A stretch of 42,844 nucleotides of DNA from Octopus bimaculoides (lineage: Eukaryota). Under the pieces are notes generated by a model, which worked only from the letters and a program-made list of their open reading frames with translations, ran no database searches and had not been told where the DNA came from. Shown piece after piece: positions 34,910-42,844 of this stretch. Position 1 is the stretch's first letter. Every line of letters starts with the position of its first letter. The stretch lies in the NCBI RefSeq assembly GCF_001194135.2, contig NC_068997.1, positions 1,132,873 through 1,175,716 on the forward strand, written 5' to 3'. A program made the position numbers and the translations under genes.

Positions 34910-36028
34910 GGAATTCCAACCACGTTTCGTGGTTCGCTACCTCAACAGCTCCTTTATAGGATCCAGTGGCTAAAAACATCATCAGGAGGAACCACGTCTG
35001 GTCTTGCCCCCTACTCCTCTACCGTTTTCGACGTGGTGCCCCCCCCCTTTCGGAGATGTCTTCAACTCTGGAGTTGAGTGCGTTTCTTTCACCTTTTTCT
35101 TTTGTTCTTTGGTTTCTTCGATGCAGCGTCAACGAATGTCAACGGGTGATTGACAATCCGTCTTTCTCTCCTCGATGGTCCGCCCTTTGCCGATGATTCT
35201 CCATTCTCTGTTGTTTCAAGTCCAAATCTCTTCTCTCCTTCCTGCAAGATTATATTAGCCAAGTTCTCGAGCTTTTGTTCGTCGTCCCCTTTGAATTTGG
35301 TGGTTACTCTTGCTATCTCGTCGTCGAATTTCTTAAAGCACGATGCATCATTTACCTTTGGCCACTTAATCTTTGGCTTCTTCACGCCTGTCTCTTTCCT
35401 TGACTGTTCCGATTCAACTGTGGAATGATCCTCGCTATGGTTTCTTTCCAGGAAGTTCTAGCCACACGTCTCCTGGTTTTTCAACCCGTGCTGTTGAATC
35501 ATTTTCTTCTGACACACTTTACCTTGGTGAATTCTCAGCCCGATGTAACTAGAAAACATTTTTCTGTAGCAGCTGAATTCCTCATCTACCTTTCTTTTAC
35601 CACTTCCTTTCTCGTTGTTCATTTCCGGTTCGGGTCCATTCCTTTTTCTGTTCCTGTTTGATCTTTTACTCTACCCCCGTGCTCCGGGATCATGGGGCGT
35701 GGCTCATCATGCTTATTTGTTCCAACTTTACCACGGATCGGGTTTCAAGCCCATTTGATCCTTCGTTACACTGTCGTACTGTCAAGTGTCTCTCCGCTTT
35801 GTCATCCCGCTTTCTGGATTGTCAGCAAGTCTTTCCCTGCAGTCAGTATCTGAGGAATTCTAACCACGCTTCACGGTTCGCTACCCCAACAGCTCCTTTA
35901 TAGGATCCAGTGGCTAAAGACATCATCAGGAGATAGGGGCCGGTTTCGGCCCCTATCCCTCTACCGTTTTTGACTTCAGCTCTGGTGTTGAGTGCGTTTA
36001 TTTTTCTCTTTTTTTCTTCTGTTCTTTG
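34910..36028 (-). mobile_element. HERO-like (R2/NeSL group) non-LTR element, N-terminal region only, bracketed by direct repeats
   Basis: The minus strand gives zinc-finger-like SCYRKMFSSYIGLRIHQGKVC, then KKPKIKWPKVND...FDDEI...KLENLANIILQEGEKRFG...SRRERRI, as I recall from HERO N-termini; direct repeats at 34910-35111 and 35854-36028. Confidence 0.7.
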
Positions 36029-36060
36029 ATAAGAAGGAAAGATCTAAATTTTCATAAGAT

Positions 36061-36893
36061 TTCATAAATTGGCAGTTAGCTCTATCAACCTCGTGATGAA
36101 GATGAAGTATAAGAAATAACATCCAAATTTTCGTCAAATGACAAGCCAGTAGTTGTAAGATAGGAACGAAACAATGGATAATGAAGTTCTGGATATTTTG
36201 TGGTTGAAGAAAAGACTGGATAGTCTCGCCTGAACGATTGTGAGCTATGGCAGTCCTACAAGTGATGATTCAGTGGGATAAAGGACAACAGCCAATCGGG
36301 TACATATCTAATTTTAACTATTGATTCTTCGCATCAAGAATTGAAATCGGGACTGCAAACTAAGGAATCCTTCGTGTTGAACTCAGTAATGCAGATTCAG
36401 CACTTACAATATTACAGTTGCTTTTGTTTTTCATAAATTGGCAATTACTTTTATCAACCTTGGGATGGAGACAAGGTATAAGAAATAACAGCCAAATCTT
36501 CTTCAAATATCAAACAAGCCGGCAGTTTTAAGATAGGAATGAAACAATGCTTAATGAAGTTCTGGATATTTTGCGGTTGACAAGAAGACTGGATAGTCTC
36601 GCCTGAATGATTCTGAGCTTATGTCAGTCCCATAGGAGTTGATCCTGAGTGATAAAAGACAACAACCAATCGGGTACACATCATCTAATTGTAACCATAC
36701 GAGGTGTTGAACTCAGGGCTGCAGATTCATCACTTTCACAGATGCAAAATATTTTTATTCTGAAGTTGATTTCAGAATTCGATGTAGGGACAAGTGGAAA
36801 GGAAACAAATCTTTCCATGGAAAAGACAATGATATTTGAATTTAGATTCCTCCACTTCAGGAATTGAAACCGGGACTGCAGACTAAGGAATCC
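36061..36893. repeat. Diverged local tandem duplication (period 369 bp) with rearranged sub-blocks
   Basis: 36061-36313 aligns with 36430-36690 (e.g. TAATGAAGTTCTGGATATTTTG and AGACTGGATAGTCTCGCCTGAA are identical); further blocks recur at 36323-70/36845-93 and 36374-405/36704-35. Confidence 0.9.
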
Positions 36894-37653
36894 CACATCA
36901 ATTACACAGCACTGCTATTAGTTCCAGCCACGAATTATGTCCACAAAGAAACTCTGTAAGAGTCATTTGATTCCACAGAACCCAATCTTCTTAAGATTAT
37001 ACACTATCACCTTAAATGAACAAAGATATACTGAACGAAGAGTCTTTTCTGGAACGTCTCTGATCATAAGACAACTCGGTCAAATCACTTGTAGTTAAAC
37101 AACAACCTAGACTCTGGTTTAGAACGAGCTGGATTTGGCTGTTCAGATTTAAGTATTCTCCTTGAAAGAAACAGAGCAGTACCTGTAAAAATATTCGAAC
37201 TGGTGATCTGTCGACAAGTTAACCAGTTTCTCTATCGACTTGCTCATTGAATTATTGAGAAAGTTCACGATACTAACAAGAAAATGATAAATTATTTGAT
37301 GTTTTACCGTACTAGATCGAACCTCGCCATCTTTGAATGGCAGCAGGTCATTCATAACTCACTCTGAGGCTCTGCATTGTCAGCCTAACGACATCAAGGG
37401 CTCTAATTGATGCATTATATAATAATAACAAAAACTCCCAACGTGTAAATGAAACACAATACCACAAATGGAAGGAAGATTTCCCGAAGGGTTTCAAGCA
37501 AATATCTGTTTTTTGCCACACATCATTTTCAAGTATTCATAAAGCACAACACATGTTTGCAATATTTTTCAATACATCTTCTGGTATTTTACATTCAATA
37601 TAAGTGGAGAATCCACTAATGTTTGCAGTGTTACGCCTCCATAACTCAATGCA

Positions 37654-37747
<94 letters not shown>

Positions 37748-38774
37748 CGTGTGTGTGTGTGTGTGTGTGAGTGTGTGTACATTACATACTTACGAATACA
37801 TGTCTATGTACTTCTTCACCTATATGCACACACCCATCTATATAAGCAAATACTGATATTGACATAGGCACACGCAGAATTTTAACAAGCTCACGAGTAA
37901 AAAACAAACAATCAAATTCCTCATATGAAAAGAATATACATATAGTTAGTTATATACAAATGCAAGTATATCGATTTATACTTATATATTTTGTAATGGG
38001 ATCAAGAATACATGAATGCATACATACACGAACATATCTGTCTGTTTGTCGATAGAGATACATAATAGACACAAATGCGCTTCACATAGCACATCTTAAC
38101 TCAATCCCAAAACGAGGCAATTATAGCATTATTATTAGTCGATAAAAGGTTCAAATAAATTCGATTAGAGCAATACAAACATTTATTTAAAAAGCGGAAA
38201 GAAATTTGAAGAATCTTAAGTATAAAATCGAAAGTAAAAGCAGATATTGTATGAGGTTCCTCTGAACTCTTTGACATTCACCTTGAATCAAATGACTTAG
38301 CAGCACTCGTGTCAGAGGAGAGCAGCCTACTCTCGTCTGTTGATATTGTTGCTATATGGTCAGCCCAGAGCAAACAAGTCTCTGATGAAAGCTATCTAAA
38401 CCATGATCTTCCCCACCTAGTATAAGTACAACAACCTTATCTGCTGTCCTTTCGTCATTTCTGGTAAGTTGTCATGTGAAGGGATTTGGATATTATTTTT
38501 AGCTGATCAAATGATCGCGTAGAGACTCTGTGTTTAGTACCACAATTATATTCGAGGTCAGACAACAATGATTGAAGTTTCCTTCACAACTTTGTGTCTA
38601 TTCGTGCTGCTTTAATCCTATCATATTATCACCTTATTTAGTAACTAGTAGAACTGGTAGCTGTGCTGCATTAGTAAATGTACAAATCACATACATGAAC
38701 ATAATCAATTGTACAAATCAATCGTTTTTAGTGTTTTCAGATATTTAATAATGAGTTCATACCTTATCGAAAAT

Positions 38775-38890
38775 AATTTGCTTTTCATCCTTCCGGGGTC
38801 CTATTAAATCCGTAACCAGACAAGAACTGGAATTTAATCGATTGTTCCTCCACCCCAGCTGTGTGATAGTCTGCTTCCGTTAGAAAACAC
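38775..38890 (+). mobile_element. SINE family A, degenerate 3' fragment
   Basis: TTTGCTTTTCATCCTTCCGGGGTC...TTTAATCGATT. Confidence 0.55.
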
Positions 38891-39019
38891 TAATGTAGCA
38901 TCTTGCTATTTGATTTGATTGTGTACCGTCATCAAACATTGTCATAGGTTACTTCTGTTATTGTATGTCATTTGCTTTGTAAATTACTGGAGCAAAGTAA
39001 AGTTTAGTATATCATTGTA

Positions 39020-40226
39020 TCAGGTTGAGTAAAAAGCAAGCAACGTTTTGAACCATGAAGAATTTGTACCAGATTTTTGCAGAGTTTTGAATTTTTAAAA
39101 CATTTTTTTGAAATTGTCTGATAATACAGACATAGATTTGCCCAAATGCATCATAAATTAACATTGCTATTTTTTTCACCGTTGTTACAATCATTTGAAA
39201 TGGAACTGTCAAAGCGCTATATTCGAGCAATTTTGCTATTCAACTTCAAAAAAAGGACGTAAAGCAGCTGAAACTGCTCATAATATCAACGAAACGTTTG
39301 GTGAGGAAATGACCAGTGAGTGGTCAGCTCGAAAATGGTTTGAAGATCGTGAACGTAGTAGACGCCCGTCTGTCATCGATGACGGTCAATTAAAGACCGC
39401 CATTGAGAAAGATCCACGTAAAACCACTTGAGAACTGGCAAGAGAACTCCAAGTTAGCCAAAAAAACTGCCTGCAGTTGTTTGCATGCGATCGGAAAGCG
39501 CAAATGAAAATCAGAAAATGCGCAGATATAAACTTTGCTCGTCACGTCTTCTCTGTAACCAGACCAATGCATTTCCCGACCGTATTGTCACTTGCAATGA
39601 AAAGAGGATTCTGTACAATAATAAAAAAACGTTCTCCGCAATGGATGGACCAAAATGAAGCACCGAAAACCTTCCCTAAACTCGAGCTCTTCAAAAAGAA
39701 GGTCATGGTGACTGTTTGGTGGTTTACAGCTGGCCTCATCCACTATAACTTCTTAAAACCTAGAAAAACCATTACTGTAGAAACATTGCCGTGAAATTGC
39801 CAAAAAATGAACGAAAAACTGCTACTCCTCCGTCTTAGACTGGTCAACAGAAGAGGACCAATCATTCTTCACGACAATGCTCGACAACACGTTTCACTAA
39901 TGATGCTCCAGAAGTTGAGGGAACTTAGCCACGAAGTTCTTCCCCGCCCAGCTTATTCTCCAGACATTTCTCCTACCGACTACCACGTTTTCAAGCACCT
40001 TGATGGTTTCCTGCGAGAGAAGGAGTTCAAAAATCAAATCGATGCTGAAAGTGCGTTCAAAGAGTTCATCAGTTCCAGAACTTTTATGTTACCAGAATAA
40101 ACAAATTGTAACTCATTGTGTTGATTGTAATGGTACTTACTTCGAGGAATAAAATTTCCGCATTGTTGAAATATATTCTGATGAATTTCATGTTTCAAAA
40201 CGTTGTTTACTTTTTACGTAGCCCGA
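39020..40226 (+). pseudogene. Near full-length mariner (DD34D) transposon, inactivated by frameshifts and deletions
   Basis: TA at 39018-19 and 40227-28; TIRs TCAGGTTGAGTAAAAAGCAAGCAACGTTTTGAA and TCGGGCTACGTAAAAAGTAAACAACGTTTTGAA; ATG at 39200, TAA at 40150-52; motifs VTCNEKR (D mutated to N), KKVMVTVWW, LHDNARQH, YSPDISPTDYHVF and CVDCNGTYFEE*. Confidence 0.95.
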
Positions 40227-40463
40227 TACTGTCATGATATCTTGCAATAATATCTTTGTTATCTATTCCATTGCATATCTATCTTGATCGGTAATGACAT
40301 CTTCACCTTAGCTACAACTAGCTTATAGCCTATTGAATTGAATTAAAACTATAAGAACACGTATATCTATATATATGTATACGGAAATGCGTACTGAATA
40401 TGATAGATGATAGATGCATGCATGTGTATATATGTATATATATATACTCATATATGTGTGTGT

Positions 40464-40505
<42 letters not shown>

Positions 40506-40532
40506 TCATATGTGTATCATATGCAAATATGT

Positions 40533-40830
40533 GAAGGCGCGTGGCTTAGTGGTGAGGGTTATCGACTCACAATCGTAAGGTCGTGGATTCGATTCCCGGC
40601 GACGCGTTGTGTCCTTGAACAATGCACTTCATTTCACGTTGCTCCAGTCCACTCAGCTGGAAAAAATGAGTTGAATCTGTAATTCAAGGGGTCGGCTTTG
40701 TCACATTCTGTGTCAAGCTAAATCTCCCTGAGAACTACGTTGAGGGTATGCTTGTCTGAGGAGTGCTCAGCCACCAGCACGTTAATTTCACGAGTAGACT
40801 GTTCCATTGATCGGATCAATTGAAGCCCTC
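40533..40830 (+). mobile_element. SINE family D: CORE-type head joined to the family C tail
   Basis: Head GGCGCGTGGCTTAGTGG...GATTCGATTCCC with CORE GCGTTGTGTCCTTGAACAA; 40680-40830 aligns with about 41925-42075. Confidence 0.88.
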
Positions 40831-40914
40831 TACCCTTTTGCGACACCATTAAAACTAGGAATTTATCAGCGCCCCCTCATATGTGTATACTCGTGTATAT
40901 TTGTGTGTGAGTGC

Positions 40915-40919
40915 GTATG

Positions 40920-40957
<38 letters not shown>

Positions 40958-41017
40958 TATGTATGTATGTATGTATGTATGTATGTATGTATGTATGTAT
41001 GTATGTATGTGTGTGTG

Positions 41018-41064
<47 letters not shown>

Positions 41065-41082
41065 ATCTATATATATATATAT
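40915..41082. repeat. Compound microsatellite (TG)n(TATG)n(TATC)n(TA)n
   Basis: Read directly. Confidence 0.97.
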
Positions 41083-41339
41083 AAAGGTTTATTGATGTTA
41101 TCTTGTACGCTACCATCCTTTTGGTTTCCGTCTTGAGCCGAAAGGCACATTTATTAAGTTTGCATATTTGTGAAGTAATTGTCCATGTTGCTGTTTTCAT
41201 ATGCCTGTCTTCTGTGTTTAAAGTCGTAATAATGCCTTATGCTCTGTCTTCTGTTTTAGGGGTGTTTAATCACTAGCATTTTCTACAAAAAGTTTCCTAC
41301 ATTTTTCAACAGAGAAACTGTTATGATTCTGAATAGCAA

Positions 41340-41709
41340 CCCGACTAAGGAAAGGATTTTTCTACGTTCTTAGCCTCTTTTGTGGTTTACCACGCCAATT
41401 ATGTATGTACTTCTCTTAATTGATCTGGGAATCATAATGATGAAGCCAAGTTTCATCCACGATGACTAAACGAACCATAAAATCGGCCTCTCCCGCAGCA
41501 AACCGCTCCAAAATCGCCTTTGGTGTCGTCACTCCGATGCATTTTAAATCTTCGTTCCAGCATTCCTACTCCTATTTTTCGGAAATCTTTCTGATATCCA
41601 GAAGGTTGTTATCAGGTTTGTTTCTGATGTTGTTTATTTCACGGTAAACCTTTTTGAGAAGACTGAGGCAATCCAGACATAACAATTCCATGTGTCTTGT
41701 ATAGTGTAT
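41340..41709 (-). pseudogene. Decayed mariner transposase fragment interrupted by a SINE
   Basis: The minus strand gives AILERFAAGEADFMVRLVIVDETWLHHYDSQ (first catalytic D motif, TGDETW-like). Confidence 0.8.
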
Positions 41710-41721
41710 CCAGGTGCACAT

Positions 41722-42106
41722 GTGGAGGCGCAATGGTCTCGTGGTTAGGGGCAGCGGATTCGCGGTCGTAGGATCGCAGTTTCGATTCCCAGACCGTGCG
41801 TTGTGAGTGTTTATTGAGCGAAAACACCTTAAGTTCCACAAGGCTCCAGCAGGGGATGGTGGCGAACCCTGCTGTACTCTTTCATCACAACTTTCTCTCA
41901 CTCTTCCTGTTTCTGTTGTAACTGTATTTCAAAGAGACCAACCTTGTCACACTGTGTCACGCTGAATATTCCCGAGAACTACGTTAAGGGTACACGTGTC
42001 TGTGGAGTGCTCAGCCACTTACACGTTAATTTCACGAGCAGGCTGTTCCGTTGATCGGATCAACTGGAACCATCGTCGTCGTAACCGACGGAGTGCCAAC
42101 CAACCA
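41722..42106 (+). mobile_element. SINE family C, full length
   Basis: tRNA-like head GGAGGCGCAATGGTCTCGTGGTTAGG...GTTTCGATTCCC; 12-bp TSD CCAGGTGCACAT at 41710-41721 and 42107-42118. Confidence 0.95.
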
Positions 42107-42391
42107 CCAGGTGCACATAATCCAATATGCTCTTTTCCTGTAGGACGGTATGGTTAATGATGTAGTCTTCTACATAGGGTTCTGTTGTTATTGATTTCCT
42201 GGCCGGCCCTTCTCAGGCGGACATTTGGGGGAAGGCACATTGATGACACGACTGTCTAGTCTTTTTTCTTTGTTCTTATGTTTCTATACCCCGGTTGACG
42301 GTGTACCTTGTCAGAGTCACGTAGATTGAGTATATAAAGAAACTGGGCTCCGCACTGAGGATTGGTTACAGGGATTAGTCATTCTTTTACT

Positions 42392-42394
<3 letters not shown>

Positions 42395-42467
<73 letters not shown>
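42395..42467. repeat. (GA)n microsatellite
   Basis: Read directly. Confidence 0.97.
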
Positions 42468-42470
<3 letters not shown>

Positions 42471-42701
42471 ACTGAGGCACGCGAGCATTAGACGTATTTG
42501 GATACAACATATCGCTTCAGTGAACAAGTCTCCTTTACGAAAACAAACTTTTTATAATTGTAAAATGTGACCCTTATAGCTTTTGATATTTCATACATTA
42601 TTGTTAGTGATGGTCACTAACTTAGATTAAACTCTAAGGACATTCCTGACTAATTACACATCCATACACATACTTAAACGTACCATATGAAACAGGTAAT
42701 C

Positions 42702-42734
<33 letters not shown>

Positions 42735-42794
42735 TATTTATGTATATATATGATAACTTATAAACATATGTGCATCTCTCTCTCTAATATGTAA

Positions 42795-42844
<50 letters not shown>

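Noticed and set aside
34975-35060. HDV-like ribozyme fold in the HERO-like repeat
   Set aside because: No P1/P1.1 arrangement could be built on either strand

Overview
AT-rich, microsatellite-dense eukaryotic DNA with several N gaps (the largest at about 958-1267, 2396-2716, 22171-22844 and 25325-25786). The SINE families present match, from my recall, those of octopod cephalopods (Octopus-like), but I cannot verify this here. I find no recognisable host protein-coding gene. Nearly all ORFs in the supplied track come from microsatellites or gaps, or are transposon remnants, so the window looks intronic or intergenic. It contains: (i) about 17 tRNA-derived SINE copies from at least four families, several with exact target-site duplications, whose heads and tails are modularly swapped; (ii) five fragments of non-LTR retrotransposons with a restriction-like endonuclease, including Dong/R4-like copies sitting in (TAA)n and a HERO-like 5' region bracketed by direct repeats 944 bp apart; (iii) Tc1/mariner elements: one near-full mariner, one fold-back mariner built from two 5' ends, a maT/DD37D remnant, another mariner remnant and a MITE; and (iv) a gypsy PBS plus gag relic. 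The most notable signal is a type I hammerhead ribozyme motif with a canonical catalytic core at 10145-10190. It is embedded in a palindrome made of two inverted hammerhead halves, and a second, decayed copy of this element lies at 28944-29140. All calls were made by eye and no searches were run.
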